Made by a program: the position numbers and the translations under genes
Assembly: GCA_963810635.1 (NCBI GenBank)
Contig: CAWEOB010000008.1
Span: forward strand, 90,615 to 154,614
DNA from: an uncultured Actinomycetes bacterium
GTDB taxonomy: Bacteria > Actinomycetota > UBA4738 > HRBIN12
Reading direction: 5' to 3'
DNA length: 64,000 nucleotides
Notes under the pieces: generated by a model
Database searches by the model: none
What the model was told of the DNA's origin: nothing
What the model saw: only the letters and a program-made list of their open reading frames with translations
Shown: positions 48,553 to 58,263 of the stretch, one piece after another
Position numbering within the stretch: the stretch's first letter is position 1
Layout: each line of letters opens with the position of its first letter

Positions 48553-49710
48553 TCACGCGCCGGTGTCGAGACAGGGGCGGTCCGCCGCGAGGATCGACGG
48601 GGCGACGTCGGCGACGCGAGGGGCTCGCGCCACGTCATGCGCGATCGAGACCTGCCAGCCGCCCCAGAACAGCGCGAGGATCGTCAGGGCGATCAGCGCC
48701 GTGCGCCGCAGCTCCGGCAGCTCCGCGGCGGCGGCGGCCACCGCTAGGGCGAGCACCGGGAGCAGGAACCGCGGGGCTGCGCCGGAGACGAGGAGCACGT
48801 ACACCGCCGCCAGCGCGATGGCGGTGACCAGCCCGAGCCGGGCCGCCACGCGCGCGCCGGCGCGGTGGCCGTACGCCGCGGTGACCCCGAGCCCCAGCAC
48901 CACGGCCCACCAGGCGACCGCGGCCAGCGGGATCCGGCCGACCCGAGGTCCGTCCGTCGGTGCCAGGTACCGGGCCACGCGATCATGGATCCCGCCGGCG
49001 CCGTCCACGTGCCCGCAGCTGCGGGCCACGTCGAGCGCGGCGTCGACGCCTCCGTAGCGGATCGACATCTCGACGAGCCACGGCAGGCACCCGAGCACCA
49101 CGGCCGCACCCAGCCATAGGAGCCAGACCGCCCGCCCGCGCACCCACAGCACCACGACGGCCGCGGCCGCCACGAAGACCACCGCATCGACCGGCCGGAC
49201 GAGGGCCGCGAGCGACAGGAGGCCGAGGGCCCACCAGGAGGGGCGGTCGTTCCCCGACACGAGTCCTCGCGCCAGGAGGCCGCCCGCCGCCAGGAGGAGC
49301 ACCGCGGACCAGAGGTTCGGCATCACCTCCGACCCCGAGACCACGAACGGCCAAGAGATCCCCACCACGAGCGCCGTGGCGGCGGCCGCCGGACGCATCA
49401 GGAGGGGACCCCAGCATGCCGCCGCCGCCACGAGCGCCACCGACGACGCGACGGCGAGCACGATGCGCATCGCTTCGAGCGACAGCCCGAGCTGCACGAG
49501 CGGCCAGATCAGGACCACGATCCCGCGGGAGCGCGACGCGACGAACGGCAGCACGGGGAAGCTCCGATCGACCTGCGAGACGTAGACGGTCTCGTCCCAG
49601 CCGAGCGCACGATCCATCGGGATCAGCAGGAGTTGGAGCGCGATCAGCGCGACCGCGACGACCGCGGAGGGCACCCACCAGGTCCGCGCCGCCGCCCGGA
49701 CCCGCCCCAT
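48553..49710 (-). CDS. Polytopic membrane protein, GT-C-like glycosyltransferase candidate
   Basis: About 10 TM helices. The first loop carries an acidic motif, ALGWDETVYVSQVD, like the DE/DxD loop of GT-C enzymes. ATG 49710 lies 7 nt after the uppS stop. Confidence 0.5.
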   Translation of the reverse strand: MGRVRAAARTWWVPSAVVAVALIALQLLLIPMDRALGWDETVYVSQVDRSFPVLPFVASRSRGIVVLIWPLVQLGLSLEAMRIVLAVASSVALVAAAACWGPLLMRPAAAATALVVGISWPFVVSGSEVMPNLWSAVLLLAAGGLLARGLVSGNDRPSWWALGLLSLAALVRPVDAVVFVAAAAVVVLWVRGRAVWLLWLGAAVVLGCLPWLVEMSIRYGGVDAALDVARSCGHVDGAGGIHDRVARYLAPTDGPRVGRIPLAAVAWWAVVLGLGVTAAYGHRAGARVAARLGLVTAIALAAVYVLLVSGAAPRFLLPVLALAVAAAAAELPELRRTALIALTILALFWGGWQVSIAHDVARAPRVADVAPSILAADRPCLDTGA

Positions 49711-49717
49711 GGGCGGC

Positions 49718-50461
49718 TCAGGCGTCTTCGGCGAGACCGCCGTAGCGGCGCTCCCGTTTCTGGAAGTCGCGGATCGCCTCGAAGAGGTACTCGCGATCGA
49801 AGTCGGGCCAGAACACGGGGGTGAACCACAGCTCCGAGTAGGCGACCTCCCATAGGAGGAAGTTCGAGACTCCGCATCTCACCGCTGGTCCGGATGAGCA
49901 GGTCCGGCTCGGGCATGTCGACCGCGTAGAGGCGGCGGGCGATCTCGCGGTCGTCGATCTTCGACGACTTGAGCGTGCCGTCCCGCACCTCCTCGGCGAT
50001 CTCCTTCACCGCGTCCACGATCTCGGCGCGCCCCCCGTAGTTGAAGGCGATCGTCAGCGTGGTCCCCGTGTTGTTCCGGGTCAGGTCTTCGGCGTCTCGA
50101 TCTCCTTCAGGACCGAGCGCGGGACGCGCCAGTCGCGCCGTCCGATGAAGCGGATCCGCACGTTCATCCGGTGCAGCGCATCGCGACGACGGCGCAGGAG
50201 CCCCCGGTTGAAGTTCATGAGGTACAGGACCTCGGGGGCGGGCCGCGACCAGTTCTCGGTGGAGAACGCGAAGACGGTGAGCCACTTCACGCCGACCTCC
50301 ACCGCGCCCTGCACGGTGTCCCACAGCGCGTCCTCGCCCGCGGCGTGACCGTCGGTGCGCTGCAGACCCCGCTGGGTGGCCCAGCGGCCGTTGCCGTCCA
50401 TCACGATCGCGACGTGGGCCGGGACCTTCGTGCGATCGATGTCGTGGAGGTAGCTGCTCAC
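49718..50461 (-). CDS. uppS: Isoprenyl (undecaprenyl/decaprenyl) diphosphate synthase, two apparent frameshifts
   Basis: GTG 50461 overlaps the recO stop. [13 protein letters not shown] and [11 protein letters not shown] lie in ORF 50081..50461. [25 protein letters not shown]...[10 protein letters not shown] lies in ORF 49644..50324. [44 protein letters not shown] lies in a third frame ending at TGA 49718-49720. One base is missing at about 50094-50095 and one is extra at about 49868-49871. Confidence 0.85.
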
Positions 50462-51198
50462 GGCGCGGTCCTCACGAGCATGGGGACCGACTTCATCCGT
50501 CGCTCCAGGTGGTATTCGGTGAACCCGAAGAGGAGCCCTCGCGCCTCACGGCGGGTCCGCTCGTCCGAACCGAGGTCGACGCCGGCGTCGGCGAGCTCCA
50601 CCGACGCGAGATGCGCGAGCAGGCCCAGCGCTTCGGAGCTGGTGCCGACCGCGCCGGCGTCGGCGCACGTGGGGCAGACCGCCCCACCGAGACCGCTCGA
50701 CCACAACCGGGCGTCGGGGGTGCCGCAGACCGCGCACGCCGTGATGGCCGGATGGAACCCCGAGAGCGACAGCATCTTCAGCAGGAACGACTCGGTGACC
50801 GACGCGGGGTCGGCGGGCCGCGCGTCGAGGGCCCGGAGCCCCGACAGGAGCAGGAGCACCAGACGGACGTTCCGCTCGTGTTCCTCGGCGACCTTGTCGA
50901 CGGCCTCGAGCATGGTCTCCCCCGCCGCGAACAGCGACAGGTCCTCGCGGATGTGCAGGTGCGGCGCCAGGATCTCGGCCTGCGTCACGGTGTCGAGCGA
51001 CCCGCGGCCGCGGTAGAGCATCAGGTTCACGTGCGTGAACGGCTCGAGCCGGCCGCCGAACCGGGAGGTGGTCTTGCGGATGCCCTTGGCCACAGCCCGT
51101 ACCTTGCCGGAACCCTGGGTCAGGATGGTGACGATCTTGTCGGCTTCGCCGAGCTTGATCGACCGCAGGACCACGCCCTGCTCCTTGTACGGAGGCAT
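50458..51198 (-). CDS. recO: DNA repair protein RecO
   Basis: ATG 51198 gives MPPYKEQGVVLRSIKLGEADKIVTILTQGSGKVRAVAKG. Cys cluster CAVCG...CPTC. Confidence 0.9.
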   Translation of the reverse strand: MPPYKEQGVVLRSIKLGEADKIVTILTQGSGKVRAVAKGIRKTTSRFGGRLEPFTHVNLMLYRGRGSLDTVTQAEILAPHLHIREDLSLFAAGETMLEAVDKVAEEHERNVRLVLLLLSGLRALDARPADPASVTESFLLKMLSLSGFHPAITACAVCGTPDARLWSSGLGGAVCPTCADAGAVGTSSEALGLLAHLASVELADAGVDLGSDERTRREARGLLFGFTEYHLERRMKSVPMLVRTAP

Positions 51199-51280
51199 GG
51201 GTGGATGGTAGTCGGGGGGGTGTGGCGGGCGTCCCTGCTGAGGTGTGCTGTTTCCGTTGCGGCCCCCGATGGCGGGACGG

Positions 51281-52690
51281 CTACGGAGCCTTCGCGTTCC
51301 CGGTGACGGCGAAGAGGTGCCACGGCTCGGGTACGCCCTTGAGCGCATGGACGCCGCGATCCTCGAAGATGAATCCGGAGCCGGCGACCAGGTCTTTGAC
51401 CGTACTGGAGACCAGCACTTCCCCGGGCGGCGCGAGCGACGCGACCCGCGCACCGATGTGCACGGCCACCCCGCTCACCTTGCCGTCCACCATCTCGCAC
51501 TCACCCGTATGGAGACCGGCGCGGATCTCGATACCCAGGTCACGGACCGCCCCCGTGAGCGAACCCGCGCATCGGATCGCGCGGGCCGGGCCGTCGAACG
51601 TCGCGAGGAACCCGTCTCCGGCCGTGTCGACCTCTCGTCCGTGGTATCGCCCGAGGAGCGCGCGAACCGTTCCGTGGTGTCGCGCAAGGAGCTCCGCCCA
51701 TGCCGCGTCGCCCAGGGAAGCCGCCTGCTCGGTCGAACCGACGATGTCCGTGAACAGCACCGTCGCAAGCACCCGATCGATCTCGGTCTGCTCGGCGCGG
51801 ACCGACCGCACGAATGCCTCGGCCGCATCGAGCAGCTCATCCACGTGACTGACCATGGGTATGTAGTCGCGGCCGCGCACCTCCTGGTACTTAGCACCCG
51901 GGATCTTCTCGACGAGATACCTGGCGTGTTCGGGCTCGGGATCCGCATCGGGCCGGCGCAGCACGAGCGTCGGGGCCTGCACCTCACCGAGGATGGCACG
52001 GACGTCGATCGAGTACCACATGTCGTAGAACTCGAGCGCCGCACCGGGTGAGGCTCCGTGTCGGAGGGCTTTGGCGAACCCGGTGATGAACGCTTCGTCG
52101 TCGGCCAGCGACGGCGCCTCTTCCTCGCACCAGGTGCGAGCCAGCTCGAGCGATCCCCATCCCTCGGCGAACCCGTCGCGCTCGGCCAGGAACTCCTCCC
52201 GCGTCATCCCAGCCGGATAGTCAGGAGCCCATGCGTACCGCGCATGCGTCCCGTAAAGGATGAGGGCCAGCACCCGGTCCGGGTAGGTCGCGGCGAAGAA
52301 CGCGGCTAGCGCGCCACCTTCGGATTCGCCGAACAGGACGGCTCGCTCGGAGCCGACAGCGTCGAGGACGGCTCGGAGATCGTCGGCTCGCATCTCCAGA
52401 TCCGGTGTCTGCCGCCGATCGGAGAGTCCGGTCCCGCGCTTGTCGAATAGGATCAAGCGCGAGAACGACGACAGCCGGTCGAAGTAGCGGGCCACGATCG
52501 GGAACTCGATCTCCACCTCGAAGTTCCCCGTGAACCCCGAAACGTAGACGAGGTCGACCGGCCCCTCACCCCGCACCTGATACGCGATGTGGACGCCGTC
52601 GATGGTCTTGGCGTACCGCGTCTCCGGGATCACGCTATGAGTTTCGACCGCCCGCCCGGGAGACGGCAAGCCCCTGTCACCGTCAGGCAC
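51281..52690 (-). CDS. Alpha/beta-hydrolase domain fused to a class III adenylate/guanylate cyclase domain
   Basis: N-terminal hydrolase domain: DGVHIAYQVRGEGPVDLVYVSG, LFGESEGGALAAFFA (GxSxG-like elbow). C-terminal cyclase domain: VLFTDIVGSTEQAA...EVDTAGDGFLATFDGP...IRAGLHTGECE. The start may instead be GTG 52633. Confidence 0.8.
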   Translation of the reverse strand: MPDGDRGLPSPGRAVETHSVIPETRYAKTIDGVHIAYQVRGEGPVDLVYVSGFTGNFEVEIEFPIVARYFDRLSSFSRLILFDKRGTGLSDRRQTPDLEMRADDLRAVLDAVGSERAVLFGESEGGALAAFFAATYPDRVLALILYGTHARYAWAPDYPAGMTREEFLAERDGFAEGWGSLELARTWCEEEAPSLADDEAFITGFAKALRHGASPGAALEFYDMWYSIDVRAILGEVQAPTLVLRRPDADPEPEHARYLVEKIPGAKYQEVRGRDYIPMVSHVDELLDAAEAFVRSVRAEQTEIDRVLATVLFTDIVGSTEQAASLGDAAWAELLARHHGTVRALLGRYHGREVDTAGDGFLATFDGPARAIRCAGSLTGAVRDLGIEIRAGLHTGECEMVDGKVSGVAVHIGARVASLAPPGEVLVSSTVKDLVAGSGFIFEDRGVHALKGVPEPWHLFAVTGNAKAP

Positions 52691-53564
52691 CCATCGGGTG
52701 CCAGACGGTCTTCGTCTCCATGAACGCCGTGATCTCGTAGGGGCTCTGGGCTCGTGGGTCGAACGCGTCGACCGCCGGGGCGCGATGGACCCGTTTCACG
52801 TTCTCGGCTGCCGAGGTCTCGGCCTCCACGGCGATCTCCTCGGGGCACCCGGTGAGGTCGACCGCGTTCACGTCCATGTGGCCGCAGAGCCACGGGGTGA
52901 GCTCGGCGGCATCGCCGGTCAGCAGGTTGATGACGCTGCCGGGGACGTCGGACGTGGCGAGGACCTCGCCGAGCGAGACCGCTGCGAGCGTGCCGCGTGC
53001 GGGCACCACCGCCACGACCGCGTTGCCCGACACGACGGCCGGCGCGAGCCGCGAGACGAGGCCGAGGAGCGGCGGGTCATCGGGCGCCACGATGCCGACG
53101 ACCCCGGTCGGCTCCGGCACCGAGAAGTTGAAGTACGGCCCCGCGACCGGGTTCGACCCACCGAGCACCTGGGCGATCTTGTCGCTCCAGCCCGCGTACC
53201 AGACCCATCGGTCGATGGCGGCGCTCACCTCGCGCGCCGGATCGGGCGCACCGACGTCGCCGAGCTCCTCCTCGAACTGCGGCCGCCGCCCCTCCATCAG
53301 CTCGGCGACCCGGTACAGGACCTGGCCGCGGTTGTATGCCGTCTTCGCGGCCCAGCCCCGCTGCGCGGCGCGCGCGACGACCACGGCGTCCCGCAGATCC
53401 TTCCGGGACGCGCGCGCCGCGTGCGCCAGCAGGTCGCCGTCCTTGCCGTGGACCTCCATCGTCCGCCCGGACTCGCTCCGCGGGAACTGGCCGCCGAGAT
53501 AGAGCTTGGCGGTGCGCCGGACGGCCAGGCGGTGGGCGGGCCGGTCCTTCGACCGATCGGTCAC
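52683..53564 (-). CDS. Short aldehyde-dehydrogenase-family protein (293 aa)
   Basis: GTG 53564 overlaps the upstream ALDH stop (GTGA). VGIVAPDDPPLLGLVSRLAPAVVSGNAVVAVVP parallels the ALDH segment VIPWNFPLLMAAWKLAPALAAGNTVVLKP. I did not see the ELGGK or catalytic-Cys blocks. The rest of ORF 52683..55001 is an out-of-frame artefact. Confidence 0.7.
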   Translation of the reverse strand: MTDRSKDRPAHRLAVRRTAKLYLGGQFPRSESGRTMEVHGKDGDLLAHAARASRKDLRDAVVVARAAQRGWAAKTAYNRGQVLYRVAELMEGRRPQFEEELGDVGAPDPAREVSAAIDRWVWYAGWSDKIAQVLGGSNPVAGPYFNFSVPEPTGVVGIVAPDDPPLLGLVSRLAPAVVSGNAVVAVVPARGTLAAVSLGEVLATSDVPGSVINLLTGDAAELTPWLCGHMDVNAVDLTGCPEEIAVEAETSAAENVKRVHRAPAVDAFDPRAQSPYEITAFMETKTVWHPMGA

Positions 53565-55051
53565 GGCCGGCCCTCCAGCTGCAGGTACGGCTCCAGGCCG
53601 TGACGGCCGCCCTCGCGGCCGAACCCGCTCTCCTTGAAGCCACCGAACGGCGACCCCGGGTCGAACCGGTTGAAGGTGTTGGCCCACACCACGCCGGCCC
53701 GCATCCGTTGCGCCATCCACAGGATCCGCGATCCCTTCTCGGTCCACACGCCGGCCGACAGCCCGTACGGCGTGTTGTTCGCCTTCTCGACGGCCTCGTC
53801 GGGCGTGCGGAAGGTGAGGATCGACAGCACCGGCCCGAAGATCTCCTCGCGCGCGATCCGGTGCGACTGCGAGACGCCGGTGAAGAGGGTGGGGGCGAAC
53901 CAGAACCCTCGCTCCGGCAGCTCGCAGGGCGGCTGGTACATCACGGCGCCCTCGTCCACGCCGCTCTGCACGAGCTCGCCGATCTTCTCGAGCTGGGCCT
54001 TCGAGTTGATGGCGCCCACGTCGGTGTTCTTGTCGAGCGGATCGCCGACCCGCAGCGTTCCCAGACGCGCCTTCAGCTTCTCGAGGAGCGGCTCGAAGAC
54101 CGGCTCCTGCACGAGGAGCCGTGAGCCGGCACAGCAGACGTGCCCCTGGTTGAAGTAGATCCCGTTCACGATGCCCTCGACCGCCTGGTCGATCGGGGCG
54201 TCCTCGAACACGATGTTGGCCGCCTTGCCACCGAGCTCGAGGGTGAGCCGCTTCCCCGACCCCGCGGTGGCGCGCTGGATCGCCTTCCCGACCTCGGTCG
54301 ATCCGGTGAACGCGATCTTGTCGACGTCGCCGTGCTCGACGAGGGCGGCACCGGTGGCACCCGCGCCCGTGATGATGTTCACGACGCCGGGCGGCAGCTC
54401 GGCCTCCCGGATCACCTGCGCCAGCAGCAACGCGGTGAGCGGCGTGGTCTCGGCCGGTTTCAGCACCACGGTGTTCCCGGCGGCGAGCGCGGGCGCCAGC
54501 TTCCACGCGGCCATGAGCAGCGGGAAGTTCCACGGGATCACCTGCCCGGCCACCCCGACCGGCTTCGGGACCACGTGCGGGAACGCGTACTCGAGCTTGT
54601 CGGCCCACCCCGCGTAGTAGAAGAAGTGCGCGGCCGCGAGCGGCAGGTCCACGTCGCGGCTCTCCTTGATCGGCTTCCCGCCGTTCATGGTCTCGAGGAC
54701 CGCGAACTCGCGCGAGCGCTCCTGCAGCTGGCGGGCGATCCGGTAGAGGTACTTCGCTCGCTCGGCACCCGGGAGATCGCGCCAGTGCTCCTCGAAGCCC
54801 GTGCGGGCCGCCGTGACCGCGAGATCCACGTCCTCCGGACCGGCCTCCGCGATCTCGGCGAGCGGCTCCTCGGTGGCGGGGTCGATCGTCGCGAAGTACC
54901 GGCCACTCTTCGGCTCCACGAAGTCGCCGCCGATGAACAGCCCGTACCGATCCTCGAGCCGGACGAGGTCCGTCGCCTCGCGGGCGGTGGCGTACTCCCA
55001 CGTGGGTGTGGACGCGACCGGTGCAGCGGGCGTCGGCTCGATCTCGCTCAT
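53561..55051 (-). CDS. NAD(P)-dependent aldehyde dehydrogenase
   Basis: FTGSTEVGK, LELGGKA, and catalytic Cys block FNQGHVCCAGSR. Confidence 0.92.
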   Translation of the reverse strand: MSEIEPTPAAPVASTPTWEYATAREATDLVRLEDRYGLFIGGDFVEPKSGRYFATIDPATEEPLAEIAEAGPEDVDLAVTAARTGFEEHWRDLPGAERAKYLYRIARQLQERSREFAVLETMNGGKPIKESRDVDLPLAAAHFFYYAGWADKLEYAFPHVVPKPVGVAGQVIPWNFPLLMAAWKLAPALAAGNTVVLKPAETTPLTALLLAQVIREAELPPGVVNIITGAGATGAALVEHGDVDKIAFTGSTEVGKAIQRATAGSGKRLTLELGGKAANIVFEDAPIDQAVEGIVNGIYFNQGHVCCAGSRLLVQEPVFEPLLEKLKARLGTLRVGDPLDKNTDVGAINSKAQLEKIGELVQSGVDEGAVMYQPPCELPERGFWFAPTLFTGVSQSHRIAREEIFGPVLSILTFRTPDEAVEKANNTPYGLSAGVWTEKGSRILWMAQRMRAGVVWANTFNRFDPGSPFGGFKESGFGREGGRHGLEPYLQLEGRP

Positions 55052-55059
55052 CCCATCCC

Positions 55060-56010
55060 TCAGTCGATGGTGAAGTAGTCGGGGCCCTGGTAGCGGCCTG
55101 TCTTCTCTTTGTTGATCTGCATCAGCACGTCGTTCAGGAGGCTCGAGGCGCCGATCCGGAACAGCTCCGGGTGCATCCAGTCCGGGCCGAGCGTCTCATG
55201 GAGCACGACCAGGTACCGGAGCGCATCCTTCGCGGTGCGGACGCCGCCCGCGACCTTGATCCCGACCGTCCGCCCGGTGTCGTGGTGGAAGTCGCGGACC
55301 GCCTCCATCATGCAGAGGGCGTTCGGGAGGGTGGCGTTGACGCCGATCTTGCCGGTGCTCGTCTTGATGAAGTCGGCGCCGGCCGCCATCGCCAGCATCG
55401 AGGCCTGCCGGATCCGGTCGTACGAGCCGAGCTCGCCGGCTTCGAGGATCACCTTGAGGTGCGCGGCGCCCGCGGCTTCACGTGCAGCGCTCAGCTCCTG
55501 GAAGCACTCGGTGTACGCGCCGCCCAGGAACAACGACCGGTTCAGCACGACGTCGATCTCGTGCGCGCCGAGGGCCGCGACCTCCGCGATCTCCTTCACC
55601 TTCACGTCCAGAGGACCGAGCCCGCTCGGGAACGAGCCGGCCACGCTCGCCACCTTCACGGAGGTGCCGGCGACCTGCGCGAGCGCCGTTGGCACGAGGT
55701 GCGGGTAGACGCACACCGCGGCGACCGACGGGACCGCCGGGTCGAGCGGATCGGGGTGGATCGCTTTCGCACACATGGCCACGATCTTGCCGACGGTGTC
55801 CGTGCCCTCGAGCGTCGTGAGGTCCATGCAGCGGATCGCGAGGTCGAGGCCCCAGAGCTTGGCGTCTCGCTTGATGGACCGCGTGGCGAGGGCGGCGGCC
55901 CGCTCCTCGAGCCCGACCGCATCGACCGAGGCCGTCCGCATCACGAGCCGCGCGGCCTCGGCGGGTTGCGCGACGGGTGTGAGCGGCGTGATCGGGGCGG
56001 CTTCGGACAT
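55060..56010 (-). CDS. deoC: Deoxyribose-phosphate aldolase (long form)
   Basis: LKVILEAGEL...GADFIKTSTGK (Schiff-base Lys)...GIKVAGGVRT. Confidence 0.9.
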   Translation of the reverse strand: MSEAAPITPLTPVAQPAEAARLVMRTASVDAVGLEERAAALATRSIKRDAKLWGLDLAIRCMDLTTLEGTDTVGKIVAMCAKAIHPDPLDPAVPSVAAVCVYPHLVPTALAQVAGTSVKVASVAGSFPSGLGPLDVKVKEIAEVAALGAHEIDVVLNRSLFLGGAYTECFQELSAAREAAGAAHLKVILEAGELGSYDRIRQASMLAMAAGADFIKTSTGKIGVNATLPNALCMMEAVRDFHHDTGRTVGIKVAGGVRTAKDALRYLVVLHETLGPDWMHPELFRIGASSLLNDVLMQINKEKTGRYQGPDYFTID

Positions 56011-56073
56011 GACGCGACCCCGGCATCGTAGCCGACCACCGTCGGTTGACGCCGTCCGCTAGCCTCCCGAGCC

Positions 56074-56430
56074 ATGCGGAGATCCGTGGTGTGGGGGGTC
56101 GTGGTCGCCCTCGCGGTTGGCGGCGTTGCCTGTTCGTCCGACGATGGCGGCGATGCCTCGTGCGAGTCCCCGACCGCGACCACCGATGTGACGGTGACCG
56201 ACTTCGCGTACACGCCTGCCTGCGTGGAGGCCTCGGAGGGCGACACGCTCACCGTGGTGAACTCGGGTGAGACGCCGCACACCTTCACCGTGACCGTCGT
56301 CGATCTCGATGTGGACGTGGCCGCTGGCGCCACCGGCGAGCTCGCACTCGACGGGGTGGCCGCGGGCACGACCTACGAGGTCATCTGCACCTACCACCCG
56401 CAGATGGTGGCGGCGCTGAAGATCACCTAG
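56074..56430 (+). CDS. Cupredoxin lipoprotein
   Basis: Lipobox AVGGVAC. H...EVICTYHPQM type-1 copper ligand pattern. Confidence 0.75.
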   Translation: MRRSVVWGVVVALAVGGVACSSDDGGDASCESPTATTDVTVTDFAYTPACVEASEGDTLTVVNSGETPHTFTVTVVDLDVDVAAGATGELALDGVAAGTTYEVICTYHPQMVAALKIT

Positions 56431-57344
56431 CCGCTCGCAGCGGCCCGTTCCCGGTCGGCGCGCGATGCCAGGAAGGCGCCCGTGAGCACCATCACGATCC
56501 CGATCAACCCGATGGCGGCCACCTCGTCGTCGCGGATCGCGACACCGAGGATCAACGCGACCACCGGGATCAGGTAGGTCGCGAAGGACGCGCGGGTGCT
56601 CCCGACGCGGCCGACCAGCCGCCCCATGAACACGAAGGCGATGCCCGTGCCGACCACGCCGAGCGTGAGCACGGCCGCGAACGGCCCCCATGCGAACGAC
56701 GAGCCGGAGATCGACGCCAGACCGAAGGGGGCCGTCCAGATGCTCGCGTAGGCCAGCATCCACGCCATGGCGGGCAGCGACCCGTATCGCTGCTGCAGCG
56801 GGGTCGCGATGTTGATGGCCACGCCGTAGCAGAGCACCGCCGCGAGCAACATCGCGACCCCGATCGCCTGGCTGCTCCCTTCACCCGCGGCGGACAGGGC
56901 GATCGCGGCCACGCCGGCCGCACCGATGATGAGCCCGACGATCTGCACCCGGCCGGGGAGCCGCCGGAGCATCAGCGTGGCGATGATCGCCGCCACGATC
57001 GGAAGCCCCCCGTTCAACATCCCCGTGACGGCGGAGCTCACGTGCTGCTGCGCGAGCGGGAACAGGGTGAACGGGATCGCCACCCAAAGGAACGAGACCG
57101 CGATGAGCCGCGGGAGATCCTCGCGGGCGACCCGCACCCTCGCGCCGGGGAGCAGCCACAGCGCCGCGGCACCGGCGGCCACCCGCAGCCACGTGATCAA
57201 CCCGGGGCGGAAGGCGTCGAGCCCGGTCGCGATCAGGATGAACGACGACCCCCAGATGAGCCCGATCGACAGGAACAGACCCCAGTCCAGGACCGTGAAG
57301 GTCCCGCGGTGCGTTCCTTCGCTGGTGGAGAGAACCTTCGTCAA
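56427..57344 (-). CDS. EamA/DMT-family transporter
   Basis: Ten TM helices in two EamA-like halves. TTG start at 57344. Confidence 0.8.
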   Translation of the reverse strand: MTKVLSTSEGTHRGTFTVLDWGLFLSIGLIWGSSFILIATGLDAFRPGLITWLRVAAGAAALWLLPGARVRVAREDLPRLIAVSFLWVAIPFTLFPLAQQHVSSAVTGMLNGGLPIVAAIIATLMLRRLPGRVQIVGLIIGAAGVAAIALSAAGEGSSQAIGVAMLLAAVLCYGVAINIATPLQQRYGSLPAMAWMLAYASIWTAPFGLASISGSSFAWGPFAAVLTLGVVGTGIAFVFMGRLVGRVGSTRASFATYLIPVVALILGVAIRDDEVAAIGLIGIVMVLTGAFLASRADRERAAASG

Positions 57345-57375
57345 CGAGACCTCGCTCGAGCGCTGCTGTGATCGA

Positions 57376-58263
57376 TCAGAACCCGAGACGCTCCAACGCC
57401 CGAGGGTCTCGCTGCCATTCCTTCAGCACCTTGACGTGCAGGTCCAGGAAGACCTTGGTGCCGAGGAGCAGCTCCATCTCTTCGCGCGCACGTGTCCCGA
57501 TCGTCTTCAGGGTGCGGCCCCCCTTCCCGATCACGATCCCCTTCTGGGACTCCCGTTCAACAACGAGCGTGGCGTGCACCTTCGTGAGATCGCCGAGCAT
57601 CTCGATCTCCTCCACCATCACCGCGATCGAGTGCGGGACCTCCTGGTGGGTGACGGCCAGGGCTTTCTCGCGGATCATCTCGGCCAGGCGGACGTCGAGC
57701 GGCTGGTCGGTGATCTCCTCGTCGGGATACAGGGGCGGCCCTTCGGGGAGCCGCTCGAGGATCAGCTCGCGCACCAGGCCCACGCCTTTGCCGGTCTTGG
57801 CTGACACCGGGACGATCTCCTCGTACACGCCCAGCTCCCCGGCGGCCGCCAGCTGCGGGACCTCCTCGTGGCCCTTGATCGCATCGATCTTGTTCACGAT
57901 GCACAGGGCCGGCGCCCCGGCGGTGACGACCTTGTGCTCGAACACGAAGGCGTCTCCCTTCCCGATCCCCGCGGCGGCGTCCACGACGTGCAGCACGACG
58001 TCCACCCCGGCGACGGCATCGCTCACGCGGTCGTTCAACCGGGTCCCCAGCAGGGTCTTCGGCTTGTGGTAGCCGGGCGTGTCCGTGAACACGACCTGCG
58101 CGTGCTCCGTGGTCCAGATGGCGCGGATCTCGCGACGCGTCGTCTGCGGCTTCTCGGAGACGATCGCCACCTTCTGACCGACGAGCGCGTTGACGAGCGT
58201 GGACTTGCCCACGTTCGGCCGCCCCACCACGGCCACGACGCCCGAGCGCGACGGCTCGGTCAT
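57376..58263 (-). CDS. era: GTPase Era
   Basis: ATG 58263 overlaps the cdd stop (ATGA). G1 VVGRPNVGKSTL, G3 DTPG, G4 NKID, then a C-terminal KH domain. Confidence 0.95.
   Translation of the reverse strand: MTEPSRSGVVAVVGRPNVGKSTLVNALVGQKVAIVSEKPQTTRREIRAIWTTEHAQVVFTDTPGYHKPKTLLGTRLNDRVSDAVAGVDVVLHVVDAAAGIGKGDAFVFEHKVVTAGAPALCIVNKIDAIKGHEEVPQLAAAGELGVYEEIVPVSAKTGKGVGLVRELILERLPEGPPLYPDEEITDQPLDVRLAEMIREKALAVTHQEVPHSIAVMVEEIEMLGDLTKVHATLVVERESQKGIVIGKGGRTLKTIGTRAREEMELLLGTKVFLDLHVKVLKEWQRDPRALERLGF

Noticed and set aside
53565-55001. The N-terminal 480 aa of the 772-aa ORF 52683..55001, which would suggest a giant fusion protein
   Set aside because: This part is out of frame with the well-supported ALDH gene 53561..55051 on the same strand and is Arg/Gly/Pro-rich. 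Only the last 293 codons (from GTG 53564) look like a real ALDH-family protein.
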